From contig NZ_DATGNU010000051.1 in NCBI RefSeq assembly GCF_035306585.1, forward strand, positions 556-64,555: a stretch of DNA of 64,000 bases, written 5' to 3'. Origin of the DNA: Galbibacter sp. Lineage in GTDB: Bacteria; Bacteroidota; Bacteroidia; Flavobacteriales; Flavobacteriaceae. The position numbers and the translations under genes are program-made. Positions 20,169 through 30,119 of this stretch are shown here, piece after piece; the stretch's first letter is position 1, and every line of letters starts with the position of its first letter. The notes under the pieces are model-generated. The model was given only the letters and a program-made list of their open reading frames with translations, was not told the origin of the DNA and ran no database searches.

Positions 20169-21527
20169 ATGAGTGGAAGTCTAATTCAAAAGTACAACGT
20201 TCCAGGACCGCGCTACACAAGCTATCCGACGGTTCCCTATTGGGATTCAACAACCTTCGATTCGAAAAAGTGGAAAACATCTGTTAAATGCGCTTTTGAT
20301 GAAAATCAAAAGGAACTAAGTCTATATATCCATTTGCCATTTTGTGAGAGCCTCTGTACGTTTTGTGGATGTCATAAACGCATCACCAAAAGGCATGAAG
20401 TGGAAACACCCTATATCGAATCTTTGCTAAAAGAATGGCAGTTGTATGTTAACCTTTTTAAGGACACTCCTGTTGTAAAGGAAATTCACCTAGGAGGAGG
20501 CACGCCTACCTTCTTTTCCCCTGAAAACCTAAAGGAGCTCATTGATGGAATTTTTAAAATAGCCAAGCGTGGACAAGATGTGGAATTCAGTTTCGAAGGA
20601 CACCCTAACAATACAAAAAGGGACCACCTCCAGGTATTATTTGACCTTGGCTTCAGACGAGTGAGTTATGGGGTTCAAGATTACAATCCGCGCGTTCAAA
20701 AGGCGATCAATAGAATACAGCCCTTTGAAAACGTGGAAAGGGTCACCGAACAATCCAGAGAAATAGGCTATACCTCGGTAAGTCATGATCTTATTTTTGG
20801 ACTTCCTTTCCAACGAAAAGAACATATTTTAGATAACATCGTAAAGACTGCTAAACTATTGCCTGATAGGATTGCTTTTTATAGTTACGCACATGTTCCT
20901 TGGATTAAAGGAAATGGTCAAAGAGGTTTTGATGAAAAAGACATTCCAAATGGAGATGAGAAACGAGAACTCTACGAATTAGGGAAAAAACTATTGGCCG
21001 ATGCTGGGTATGAGGAAATTGGAATGGACCACTTTGCCCTTAAAACCGATTCTATGTACATCGCTATGAAACAGGGAAGTTTGCATAGAAATTTTATGGG
21101 ATACACCATGCAAAACACCAGTTTAATGATTGGTTTAGGGGTTTCAAGTATTAGCGATAGTTGGTCGGCGTTTGCTCAAAACGAAAAAGACATCAATACT
21201 TATAAAGATTTAGTTAATCAAGGAGAAATACCAGTTTTTAAAGGTCATGTATTATCCAATCACGATTTGGTTCTTAGAAAGCATATTCTAAATCTAATGT
21301 GTCAATTTCAAACTAGCTGGCAGGATAATGCCATGAAGTTTGCGGAGTTAGACGAAGTTATAGACTCCTTGCAGGAATTAGAAAATGACGGACTGCTTCA
21401 TTTTATAAACCAAGGGATACAAGTGACTGATCTGGGCAGAGCGTTTATCCGTAATATCTGTATGGCATTTGATGTGTACCTTCGCAAAAATAAACCTGAA
21501 ACACAGTTGTTTTCCTTGACGGTATAA
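20169..21527 (+). CDS. hemN: Oxygen-independent coproporphyrinogen III oxidase
   Basis: KYNVPGPRYTSYP, SLYIHLPFCESLCTFCGC, HLGGGTP, IGMDHFA, LHRNFMGY. Confidence 0.97.
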   Translation: MSGSLIQKYNVPGPRYTSYPTVPYWDSTTFDSKKWKTSVKCAFDENQKELSLYIHLPFCESLCTFCGCHKRITKRHEVETPYIESLLKEWQLYVNLFKDTPVVKEIHLGGGTPTFFSPENLKELIDGIFKIAKRGQDVEFSFEGHPNNTKRDHLQVLFDLGFRRVSYGVQDYNPRVQKAINRIQPFENVERVTEQSREIGYTSVSHDLIFGLPFQRKEHILDNIVKTAKLLPDRIAFYSYAHVPWIKGNGQRGFDEKDIPNGDEKRELYELGKKLLADAGYEEIGMDHFALKTDSMYIAMKQGSLHRNFMGYTMQNTSLMIGLGVSSISDSWSAFAQNEKDINTYKDLVNQGEIPVFKGHVLSNHDLVLRKHILNLMCQFQTSWQDNAMKFAELDEVIDSLQELENDGLLHFINQGIQVTDLGRAFIRNICMAFDVYLRKNKPETQLFSLTV

Positions 21528-21547
21528 AAGGCGCTAAAGAACATTGG

Positions 21548-22255
21548 TTATGGTACGATGCAGTTTGGATCAGCTTTGATAAAGAGTTGTAGATTCGAAG
21601 GTGATATATAAGGTATTCCAAGACCCATACCACGCATAACAAATAATAGTCCGATAACAACTACAGCCACTGGTATAGCTTTGGTTATTTTTTGCCTCAT
21701 GGAAACCGATAGGAAATTACCTAAGTAGGCCGCTGTGGTCATTAGAGGTATCGTACCCACACCGAAAAGAAGCATATACAAGCCACTCTGCAGGGGACTG
21801 GCAAATGCCAAAGCTCCGAAGAGTCCCATATATACCATACCACAAGGTAGAAGACCGTTTAAAAGGCCGATGGAAAATAGGGCTGAGGTCCTATTTTTCT
21901 TTAATTGTTTTCCAAGAGCCGTTTTGGCTCTAGACATCCATGAGAAACTCCATTGTGATATCTTGCTTTTTTGAAGAAATTTCATGGGAATAAGCACTGC
22001 TAAAATCATCAAAATACCAATAGCAATCGATAAGCGCTGTTGCATATCCGCTACAAAAAGCCCTTTCCCGAACCATCCGAATAAGACACCGAGGGCTCCA
22101 TAGGTTAACAAGCGTCCAAAGTGATACAGGAAAATCTGAGCTAGCTTTTTGGCGGGACTTTGATGATCCAATGGTAGCAAAAATGCAATTGGACCGCACA
22201 TCCCTACGCAGTGCAGACTTCCTAATAACCCCAATAGCAGACCAGAAAATATCAC
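21548..22255 (-). CDS. cbb3-associated membrane protein (DsbD_2 / TauE-SafE-like)
   Basis: SLHCVGMCGP and NGLLPCGMVY motifs, multiple TM helices; GTG start at 22255 overlaps the fixH stop (GTGA). Confidence 0.88.
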   Translation of the reverse strand: MIFSGLLLGLLGSLHCVGMCGPIAFLLPLDHQSPAKKLAQIFLYHFGRLLTYGALGVLFGWFGKGLFVADMQQRLSIAIGILMILAVLIPMKFLQKSKISQWSFSWMSRAKTALGKQLKKNRTSALFSIGLLNGLLPCGMVYMGLFGALAFASPLQSGLYMLLFGVGTIPLMTTAAYLGNFLSVSMRQKITKAIPVAVVVIGLLFVMRGMGLGIPYISPSNLQLFIKADPNCIVP

Positions 22256-22701
22256 TGTAACATCAATTTTGTTTTGAAATAATATGGTTGCTGGTTCGCC
22301 TGCCAGTTTATCTCTACATCCCAACGCCCTTCCACAAGGTACTTAGAGGGTATGAGCATTTGTGATTGCTCAAGATTTATGGCTGTGGTAAAGTCCAGTT
22401 TTTTATTTGAAGGATTGTACATATACACAGAGCCTTTGATCTGTTCATCATGTAAATTATCAGGAAAACGAATCAATAGCCCTTCAGAAAGCTGTTTTAC
22501 CTTAATACTGTAGTCCATCGCAGCTGCTGCTGCAGCATTGTCAATTTTCTGTTGTAACTCAAGTTCTTTTTTGTAATAATCTTCGGTTACCAAGTCATGT
22601 TGGTAAATCTCATTGGTGTTCATTTTAATAACTAAGAAGCCTATAAAGCTTATAAACATGACAAAGGCTATAACGATTCCTGTCCCCCAGTTGAATTTCA
22701 T
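22252..22701 (-). CDS. ccoH: FixH/CcoH family protein
   Basis: MKFNWGTGIVIAF, DLVTEDYYKKEL; position within the cco operon. Confidence 0.88.
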   Translation of the reverse strand: MKFNWGTGIVIAFVMFISFIGFLVIKMNTNEIYQHDLVTEDYYKKELELQQKIDNAAAAAAMDYSIKVKQLSEGLLIRFPDNLHDEQIKGSVYMYNPSNKKLDFTTAINLEQSQMLIPSKYLVEGRWDVEINWQANQQPYYFKTKLMLQ

Positions 22702-22712
22702 ACGGTTATTTT

Positions 22713-24134
22713 TTAATTACTAAAACTTCTAGGCCCTAAGAAGGTGGTGGTGGTTGTTTCAATTAAAGCATCACCATTATAGACTCCTATTTTTACCTTA
22801 TTCTTATCATAATCCAGCAAGGCTTTGTCGATCTCAATAAAGAGAGTGCCTTCAGCAAGTCCTTCTTTATCGATTTTAAAACTGCTGTTGCCGACAGTGG
22901 AGATCTTTCCTTTAGGTTCAATCAGTTCAAAGCGAACGCTGTCAATGGCATTCACTGTTTTGTTAATTACCTTATAAGTGTACACATTACTGATGGTAAA
23001 TTCTCCTTTTTCTTGATACAACTGACCTGGAAGTCTCAAAATGGAAGCTTCCACATCATTTCTTAAAAATAGCATACCGATTAATAAACCGGTTAAAATG
23101 ATCAATACAGCGGAGTATCCTTTAAGTCTTGGCGTGAATTTAAAAGGCATTTTTTTCTCAATGTTCTCCTCACTTGCATAGCGAATAAGCCCTCTTGGAT
23201 AATTGACCTTGTCCATGATATCATCACAGGCATCGATGCAAGCCGTACAATTCACGCATTCTAATTGTGTTCCGTTTCGAATATCAATTCCAGTAGGGCA
23301 AACATTGACGCATTGCATACAGTCAATACAATCCCCATATCCTAAAGCACCACGATCTTCATTTTTTTTGTATTTTTTTCGACCGTTTTCACGTTCCCCA
23401 CGCTTGTGATCATAGGCCACAACGATTGATTTGGTGTCTAGTAAAACACCCTGTAAACGACCATATGGGCACGCAATGATACATACCTGTTCACGAAACC
23501 AAGCAAAAACAAAATAGAACACCGCGGTAAAAATCAGCAGCGAGATAAAAGTGGAAAGGTGGTTTAAAGGATTACTTTGTACATATTGAATCAGTGTATC
23601 GCTTGAGATTAAGTAAGCCAAAAATACATTGGCAATGAGGAAGGAAATAATAAAGAAGATGATCCATTTCAGGACTCTTTTACGGATCTTTTCAGCATCC
23701 CATTTTTGTCTGCTCAACCTTATTTGGGCTCCCCGATCCCCCTCAATCCAGTACTCGATCCTTCTAAAGACCATTTCCATAAAGATCGTTTGAGGACATA
23801 TCCATCCACAAAAGATCCTCCCAAATGCGGCTGTGAAAAATCCAATAAAGACTACCCCTATGACCATCGATAATACAAATAGATAAAAATCCTGAGGCCA
23901 GAAAGGAAAACCAAAAATATTAAACCGACGCTCTACGATATTAAATAACAAGAATTGATCGCCGTTGATCTTTACAAAGGGAGCGGTAATTAGGAATAGC
24001 AACAGTGCATAACTGACATATTTTCGGTAGGTATAAAATTTTCCAGAAGGTTTTTTAGGATAAACCCAAGCTCTTTTCCCTTCTTCATTGATGGTTCCTA
24101 TGGTGTCCCTAAAACTTTCTTTTTCTGTGCTCAT
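22713..24134 (-). CDS. ccoG: Cytochrome c oxidase accessory protein CcoG
   Basis: GRIFCGWICPQT, REQVCIIACPYGRLQ, two 4Fe-4S motifs (CIDCMQCVNVCP, CVNCTACIDAC). Confidence 0.96.
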   Translation of the reverse strand: MSTEKESFRDTIGTINEEGKRAWVYPKKPSGKFYTYRKYVSYALLLFLITAPFVKINGDQFLLFNIVERRFNIFGFPFWPQDFYLFVLSMVIGVVFIGFFTAAFGRIFCGWICPQTIFMEMVFRRIEYWIEGDRGAQIRLSRQKWDAEKIRKRVLKWIIFFIISFLIANVFLAYLISSDTLIQYVQSNPLNHLSTFISLLIFTAVFYFVFAWFREQVCIIACPYGRLQGVLLDTKSIVVAYDHKRGERENGRKKYKKNEDRGALGYGDCIDCMQCVNVCPTGIDIRNGTQLECVNCTACIDACDDIMDKVNYPRGLIRYASEENIEKKMPFKFTPRLKGYSAVLIILTGLLIGMLFLRNDVEASILRLPGQLYQEKGEFTISNVYTYKVINKTVNAIDSVRFELIEPKGKISTVGNSSFKIDKEGLAEGTLFIEIDKALLDYDKNKVKIGVYNGDALIETTTTTFLGPRSFSN

Positions 24135-24146
24135 CTCATTAATGAA

Positions 24147-25019
24147 TTATTCTATAGCTGCGCTATCATCATTCCAAATTTCTCCTTCTGGGTCTTTACC
24201 ATCCACAGGATTGTTCGCTGAAAGACTCATTACATAACTTGCTACTTGTTGAATTTCTGAAGGTTTTAGGGATTGTTTCCAAGAGACCATCCCTTTTCCA
24301 CTACGACCTCCTTCAGAAATGGTATTAAAGATGTTCTTAATACCGCCCCCTAGAATCCAATACTCATCGGTTAGGTTTGGGCCAATACCACCGCCACCAT
24401 CCATACGGTGACATGCGACACAGAGTGTGTTATAAATACCTTCGCCAGCTTTTAAATCGGATGCCTCTGTTAATAAAACGACATTATCAGCATCGATAAG
24501 ATCCTTAGCGGTTTTCTTATATTCCTCAATGGCTATGGTGGCCGCGGCAACTTCTTTTTCAAGTTCCACATATTGATTATCGGCTCCTAGGATTTCAAAA
24601 CGAACCAAATAAATGATCGCAAATACTATGGAGGCGTAAAAGCCATATTTCCACCATGGAGGTAAGGTGTTATCCAACTCCTGTATGCCGTCGTAATTGT
24701 GATCCATGATGACTTCTGCTTCCTTTTCTAAAGGTGTTGAATCCATGAGTTTATCCACAATCTTCTTAAACCACGCAAATTCATGCTCCTTTTCTTGCGC
24801 TAGGTCTTTTTGTGGAGAAATTGCTTGGGTAATTGAGTTCATTGCGGCTATCATGATCTCTAAGCCAATGAGGAGCACCACAAAAAGCCCTAAGAATAGT
24901 GCGACTTCTGGGTACTTTATAAAGGCTGGAATATCCCCTGAATCAATAAAGTATTCTGCCAATATAAAAACGACTGTTAGGATAAGTAATACTCTAAGAT
25001 AGGATGTAAATGTTCTCAT
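24147..25019 (-). CDS. ccoP: cbb3-type cytochrome c oxidase subunit III (single CxxCH)
   Basis: HNYDGIQELDNTLPPWW, CVACH, GPNLTD.YW. Confidence 0.93.
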   Translation of the reverse strand: MRTFTSYLRVLLILTVVFILAEYFIDSGDIPAFIKYPEVALFLGLFVVLLIGLEIMIAAMNSITQAISPQKDLAQEKEHEFAWFKKIVDKLMDSTPLEKEAEVIMDHNYDGIQELDNTLPPWWKYGFYASIVFAIIYLVRFEILGADNQYVELEKEVAAATIAIEEYKKTAKDLIDADNVVLLTEASDLKAGEGIYNTLCVACHRMDGGGGIGPNLTDEYWILGGGIKNIFNTISEGGRSGKGMVSWKQSLKPSEIQQVASYVMSLSANNPVDGKDPEGEIWNDDSAAIE

Positions 25020-25204
25020 TTTTTGTCAGTTTTATCGTTGATATCCAAGGGTAAATGACTCATTTTTTGTAAGTAATCCTTTTTAGCAGTGGCAACCCAC
25101 CAAAAAAGAAGAACAAAAAATATAAAGAACACTAGTAGTGAGATGATCGGATATATGGCAACCCCATCAATGGAATCCATATAATTTTTGACAAACTTCA
25201 TCAT
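25016..25204 (-). CDS. ccoQ: cbb3 oxidase small subunit CcoQ
   Basis: Single-TM 62-aa protein ending MSHLPL, between ccoNO and ccoP. Confidence 0.85.
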   Translation of the reverse strand: MMKFVKNYMDSIDGVAIYPIISLLVFFIFFVLLFWWVATAKKDYLQKMSHLPLDINDKTDKK

Positions 25205-27411
25205 AATGATTGCTTTTTAGGCTGTTGACTATCTTGTTCAAAATCGATGCTTATATCAGTACCTAATCGTTGTAGATAGGCTATTAGGGCAACGATTTCA
25301 CGGTTTCTCATTTCAACAAAATCCTCACCACGTACCGCAGCTGCTCTTTTATCGGCCTCATAGGATTCTTTAAAGCTAGGATCTTGATATAAATTCTCTT
25401 CTATTTTCGATGCTTGGGCGTCCATATCCTCCTGGGCATTAGCGATCTCTTGCTCGGTATAAGGGACCCCTAGTTTTACCATGACTTTCATTTTGTCCTG
25501 TGTGTGGGAGCGATCAAGCTCATCGGTAATCAGCCATTGGTATGCAGGCATGATGCTTCCTGGAGAGGTGCTTTGCGGGTCGTACATATGATTGAAATGC
25601 CAAGAGTCACTGTATTTACCACCGATACGATGTAAATCAGGTCCAGTTCGCTTACTTCCCCATAAAAATGGGTGATCATAGACATATTCTCCAGCTTTAG
25701 AATACTCGCCATAGCGCTCCACCTCACTTCTAAAAGGGCGTATCATTTGAGAGTGACAAGACACACAACCCTCTCGTATATAAATATCGCGTCCTTCAAG
25801 TTCTAGGGGCGTGTATGGATTTACACTGGCTATGGTAGGAATGTTTGATTTGACCATAAGAGTTGGCACGATCTGAACAATTCCACCTATTAAAATTGCA
25901 ATGGTAGCCAAAATGGTTAACTGTACAGGTTTTCTCTCTAGCCAACCGTGGAAGGTCTCCCCAGCGAGTTTCCGCCTTGATACCCTTACAAGTGGAGGAG
26001 CAGTAGCTAATTCATCTTCTAATTTCACACCTTTACGGATGGTGATAATAGCATTGTAAATTCCGATAACCGCACCAAGTAAGTAAAGGGTTCCTCCAGC
26101 AGCTCTCATCGCATACATAGGGATGATCTGGGTAACGGTTTCAAGGAAGTTTCCATAAACTAAAGTTCCATCAGGATTGAATTGGTTCCACATAGATGCC
26201 TGTGTAAAACCTGCCACATATAAAGGGATGGCATATAGGATAATACCAAGAGTTCCTAGCCAGAAATGGGTGTTGGCCAACTTGATAGAATATAGTTTTG
26301 TTTTAAATAATCGAGGCACTAGATAGTAGATCATACCAAAGGTTAAAAAACCGTTCCATGCTAGGGCCCCTACGTGAACGTGTGCGATAATCCAATCAGT
26401 GTAATGTCCAATGGCATTGACCGTTTTTAAGGACAAAAGTGGTCCTTCAAATGTAGCCATCCCATAACCGGTGATCGCAACGACAAAGAATTTTAATACC
26501 GGATCAACCCGTACTTTATCCCAGGCTCCTCTAAGGGTTAATAATCCGTTGATCATTCCTCCCCATGAAGGCGCAAGTAACATCACTGAAAAGGCTACCC
26601 CAAGGTTTTGTGCCCATTCAGGTAAGGCAGTATACAATAAGTGATGTGGTCCAGCCCAGATATAAATAAAGATCAGAGACCAGAAGTGAACAATGGATAA
26701 ACGATAGGAATACACGGGTCTATTGGCCGCCTTTGGGACATAATAATACATCAGACCTAAAAAGGGTGTGGTTAGAAAGAATGCCACAGCATTATGCCCA
26801 TACCACCACTGAACCAGTGCATCTTGAACTCCAGCATATACCGAATAACTCTTCATAAAACTTACAGGAAGTTCTATATTGTTAAAGATGTGTAGTACAG
26901 TTACAGTCACAAAGGTCCCCAAATAGAACCAAATTGCCACATAGAGGTGGCGTGTTCTTCGCCTTAAAATAGTCCAAATCATATTGGCTCCAAAAGCAAG
27001 CCATGCTAGGGCTAAAAGGATATCAATTGGCCATTCCAACTCGGCGTATTCTTTGGATGATGTATACCCAAGAGGTAAGGTGATCGCAGCGGATAGAATA
27101 ACGAGCTGCCAACCCCAGAAATTGAAGTTACTTAAAAAGTCACTCGCCATTCGGGTCTTTAACAACCGCTGCAGTGAATGATATACCCCTGCAAAAATAG
27201 CATTACCAACAAAGGCAAAAATCACCGCGTTGGTATGCAATGGACGAAGTCTTCCAAAACTCAACCACGAGATCCCATCGGTCAGATGTGGGAAAACAAA
27301 TAGAAAGGCCAGGAGCAAACCAACACCCATTCCAATGAGACCCCAAAACATGGTCGCATAAAGGAATTTTTTGACAATTTTATTGTCATAGTAAAACTGT
27401 TCTATTTCCAT
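25201..27411 (-). CDS. ccoN: cbb3-type cytochrome c oxidase, fused subunits I/II (CcoN-CcoO)
   Basis: FGRLRPLHTNAVIFAF, QWWYGHNAV, WAGPHHL, AHVHVG, then GRDIYIREGCVSCHSQMIRP and WGSKRTGPDL (CcoO). Confidence 0.97.
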   Translation of the reverse strand: MEIEQFYYDNKIVKKFLYATMFWGLIGMGVGLLLAFLFVFPHLTDGISWLSFGRLRPLHTNAVIFAFVGNAIFAGVYHSLQRLLKTRMASDFLSNFNFWGWQLVILSAAITLPLGYTSSKEYAELEWPIDILLALAWLAFGANMIWTILRRRTRHLYVAIWFYLGTFVTVTVLHIFNNIELPVSFMKSYSVYAGVQDALVQWWYGHNAVAFFLTTPFLGLMYYYVPKAANRPVYSYRLSIVHFWSLIFIYIWAGPHHLLYTALPEWAQNLGVAFSVMLLAPSWGGMINGLLTLRGAWDKVRVDPVLKFFVVAITGYGMATFEGPLLSLKTVNAIGHYTDWIIAHVHVGALAWNGFLTFGMIYYLVPRLFKTKLYSIKLANTHFWLGTLGIILYAIPLYVAGFTQASMWNQFNPDGTLVYGNFLETVTQIIPMYAMRAAGGTLYLLGAVIGIYNAIITIRKGVKLEDELATAPPLVRVSRRKLAGETFHGWLERKPVQLTILATIAILIGGIVQIVPTLMVKSNIPTIASVNPYTPLELEGRDIYIREGCVSCHSQMIRPFRSEVERYGEYSKAGEYVYDHPFLWGSKRTGPDLHRIGGKYSDSWHFNHMYDPQSTSPGSIMPAYQWLITDELDRSHTQDKMKVMVKLGVPYTEQEIANAQEDMDAQASKIEENLYQDPSFKESYEADKRAAAVRGEDFVEMRNREIVALIAYLQRLGTDISIDFEQDSQQPKKQSL

Positions 27412-27423
27412 AGTTCAAGACTC

Positions 27424-27609
27424 TTATTTATTCAGTAATTTATTGTGTTTATTTGTTTGTTTTTGCTTGGATTCGCTATCAAATAGAATTCGAATAGCGG
27501 GGGTGTGACTATCGTCAAATTGGCCATTTTTCACCGCAATGATAAAAGCAGTGAAAAAGACAACTGCAATAATGATACTAAGGGATATCAGGATGTAAAT
27601 TACACTCAT
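27424..27609 (-). CDS. ccoS: cbb3 assembly protein CcoS
   Basis: TM helix followed by AVKNGQFDD..TPAIRILFD. Confidence 0.92.
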   Translation of the reverse strand: MSVIYILISLSIIIAVVFFTAFIIAVKNGQFDDSHTPAIRILFDSESKQKQTNKHNKLLNK

Positions 27610-27631
27610 AGCAATAGCTTTCTTTACGTTG

Positions 27632-27675
27632 CAAAATTAGGATGACCAAATCATTTAAATTATGATAAATGTCAT
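27632..27675 (-). promoter_or_regulatory. Putative Crp/Fnr-type box and -7 element of the ccoS-ccoN promoter
   Basis: ATGA-TAAATG-TCAT at 27662-27675; minus-strand TAATTTTG (matches TAnnTTTG) at 27639-27632. Confidence 0.65.
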
Positions 27676-30041
27676 GTTAATTTACGGCTGACCAAATAGG
27701 TGCTAAGGGTCGTGAATGCAACAATACTAATGGAACTCAATGGCATTAAAATAGCCGCTACCACAGGGGATAAATTTCCCGTGACGGCAAAGGATAATCC
27801 AATCACATTATACAGAAAGGAAATCACAAAACTCAGGTGAATTATTCGAACTCCTTTTTTACTCAGATGAAGGTATTTATCAAGGTTTTTAAGTTTGGAA
27901 GCATCCAAGATAGCATCACAGGCAGGCGAAAAAACATTCACATTCTCCGAAACTGCAATACCTACATGACTCTCTTTAAGCGCTCCCGCATCATTTAAAC
28001 CATCCCCGACCATGAGCATTTTTGTACCCTCTCTTTGATGATCATTGATGTAGTTGTATTTATCCTCTGGTTTTTGATTGAAGAACATTTTTGTTCCCCC
28101 AGGAGAACGCTTTGTTAGATGCTCCGCTTCTTGGGCATTATCTCCGGAAAGGATGGCTATTTCATAGTGCTTGCTAAGGTTTTTAAATAATTCAAAAACA
28201 CCTTCCCTATATTTATTTTGCACCACAAACTTTCCTTTATAATTACTGTTAGTACTTATGTGTACAGCGGTGTTTTCAATACCTGAGGATGCTTTGTGAT
28301 TTAAAAATGAGGCTGAACCAATTTTTACAGTATCCGTTTCAAAAGTGGCTTCTATTCCCTTGCCAGCTGTTTCCTTGAAGTCATCCATGGTAAGGATGTT
28401 TTGAGAACGTAGCATGTGGTAGAGTTGCCTGCTCAAAGGGTGATTTGATCCGCGCAGGGTGCTTTTTAATAAGGCCTCTTCATGCGCATTTAGCGCCATT
28501 CCATGATATTGGATTTTACTTTGATCATTAGCGGTAATGGTTCCTGTTTTATCGAAGATAATACTGCTGATCTCAGCCATTCGGTTTATCACTTGTCCGT
28601 TCTTTAGATAAAAACCCCTCTTGCCATAAATACGCAGAAGGTTGCCATAGGTGAAAGGCTCCGCAAGAGCTAGTGCACATGGACATGCAATTATTAATAC
28701 GGCAGAAAAAACATAGGCGGCATACCCTGCATCCCACCATAGCCAAAAGCCTAGGGTCGAGAAGGCTACCACAAGGATTACTAATGTAAAATACTTACTG
28801 ATTTTATTGGTCAGTGCAAAATCCTGGGATTTCTCTTGGTGCTTCATGGTGTCTTTGCTCCAAAGTTGTGTTAAGTAACTTTGAGAAACACTTCGCAGAG
28901 CTTGGATCTCAATGGGCTGATCTTTTTGTTTTCCCCCAGCATATATTTTCTCACCAAGACTTTTGTGAATAGGGTTAGACTCACCAGTGACAAAACTGTA
29001 ATCAATCTCAGCGTTCCCTTTTAAAAGAATGCAATCTACTGGGATAATTTCTTCATTTCTAATGAGTATACGATCTCCTTTTTTCACCTCTTTAACCTGT
29101 ATATTCTCTTCCTTTCCATCCTTTATAAGGGTGACTCCAATAGGGAAATAACTTTTATAACTGCGCTCGAAGGATAAAAAGGCGTATGTTTTTTGTTGAA
29201 AATAACGCCCCACTAAAAGAAAGAACAGTAAGCCCGTAAGACTGTCAAAGAACCCTTGTCCCGTTTGCGCTATAATTTCATAGGTGCTTCTGGTAAATAA
29301 TACAAAAACCCCAAGAGCAATCGGAAGGTCTATATTTAAAATGCCTTTTTTTAAACTTTTGTAGGCTGAAATAAAATAATCCGATGCCGCATAAAAAACA
29401 ACGGGTAAGGAGAAGGCAAACATCAGCCATCGAAACAGCGGTTTGTATTGATCTAACCAAAACTCATTTACCTCAAAATATTCTGGGAAAGACAGTAGCA
29501 TGACATTTCCGAACGAAAATCCTGCGACCCCAATTTTGTAGAGTAAGCTACGATCGGTTACTTGTTTTTCGGTATGCTTGTTCTCTAGGTTAATTTTGGC
29601 CGGATAACCGATAGAGGCCAATAGTATCACAAGCTGCTTTAACGACAGGGAATTGGAATTGTACACCAAGCGAACCGTTTTCTTAGGAAAGGTTACTTGA
29701 GCATCTTTTATATGGGGGTTGAGTTTATTGGCTTGTTCTAAAACCCAAATGCATGAACTACAGTGTATGTTTGGAATAAATAAATTGACAATCTGAATGC
29801 CATTTTCATTGAATTCGAGTAGCTGATCCGAAATATCTTTGTTATCAAGATAGTCATATTTGCCTGTAAATTGTGCAGGTGAGATCCCTGGATTTTTCTC
29901 CATATCGTAGTAGGAATGTAAATCGTGCTCACTCAGGATTTCATAGACCGTTTTACATCCATTACAACAAAAATCCTTTTGGTCCACTACAAAAGGTTCG
30001 TTCTCGAACTCAATACCACAATGAAAACAAGATTTACCCAT
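27672..30041 (-). CDS. ccoI: Heavy-metal (Cu) P1B-type ATPase CcoI/FixI
   Basis: CFHCG / FCCNGC N-terminal domain, HCSSC HMA motif, TGES, ACPCAL, DKTGT, GDGLND. Confidence 0.95.
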   Translation of the reverse strand: MGKSCFHCGIEFENEPFVVDQKDFCCNGCKTVYEILSEHDLHSYYDMEKNPGISPAQFTGKYDYLDNKDISDQLLEFNENGIQIVNLFIPNIHCSSCIWVLEQANKLNPHIKDAQVTFPKKTVRLVYNSNSLSLKQLVILLASIGYPAKINLENKHTEKQVTDRSLLYKIGVAGFSFGNVMLLSFPEYFEVNEFWLDQYKPLFRWLMFAFSLPVVFYAASDYFISAYKSLKKGILNIDLPIALGVFVLFTRSTYEIIAQTGQGFFDSLTGLLFFLLVGRYFQQKTYAFLSFERSYKSYFPIGVTLIKDGKEENIQVKEVKKGDRILIRNEEIIPVDCILLKGNAEIDYSFVTGESNPIHKSLGEKIYAGGKQKDQPIEIQALRSVSQSYLTQLWSKDTMKHQEKSQDFALTNKISKYFTLVILVVAFSTLGFWLWWDAGYAAYVFSAVLIIACPCALALAEPFTYGNLLRIYGKRGFYLKNGQVINRMAEISSIIFDKTGTITANDQSKIQYHGMALNAHEEALLKSTLRGSNHPLSRQLYHMLRSQNILTMDDFKETAGKGIEATFETDTVKIGSASFLNHKASSGIENTAVHISTNSNYKGKFVVQNKYREGVFELFKNLSKHYEIAILSGDNAQEAEHLTKRSPGGTKMFFNQKPEDKYNYINDHQREGTKMLMVGDGLNDAGALKESHVGIAVSENVNVFSPACDAILDASKLKNLDKYLHLSKKGVRIIHLSFVISFLYNVIGLSFAVTGNLSPVVAAILMPLSSISIVAFTTLSTYLVSRKLT

Positions 30042-30061
30042 AATTTCCCATGAAAGATGTG

Positions 30062-30106
30062 CAAATTTCAGTAAAGAAGTGCGGAAAATTTATGATATTT
30101 GTCATA
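30062..30106 (-). promoter_or_regulatory. Putative Crp/Fnr-type palindrome between ccoI and the regulator gene
   Basis: TATGA-TATTTG-TCATA at 30091-30106; minus-strand GAAATTTG at 30069-30062. Confidence 0.65.
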
Positions 30107-30119
30107 AAAATGGAGCCCT

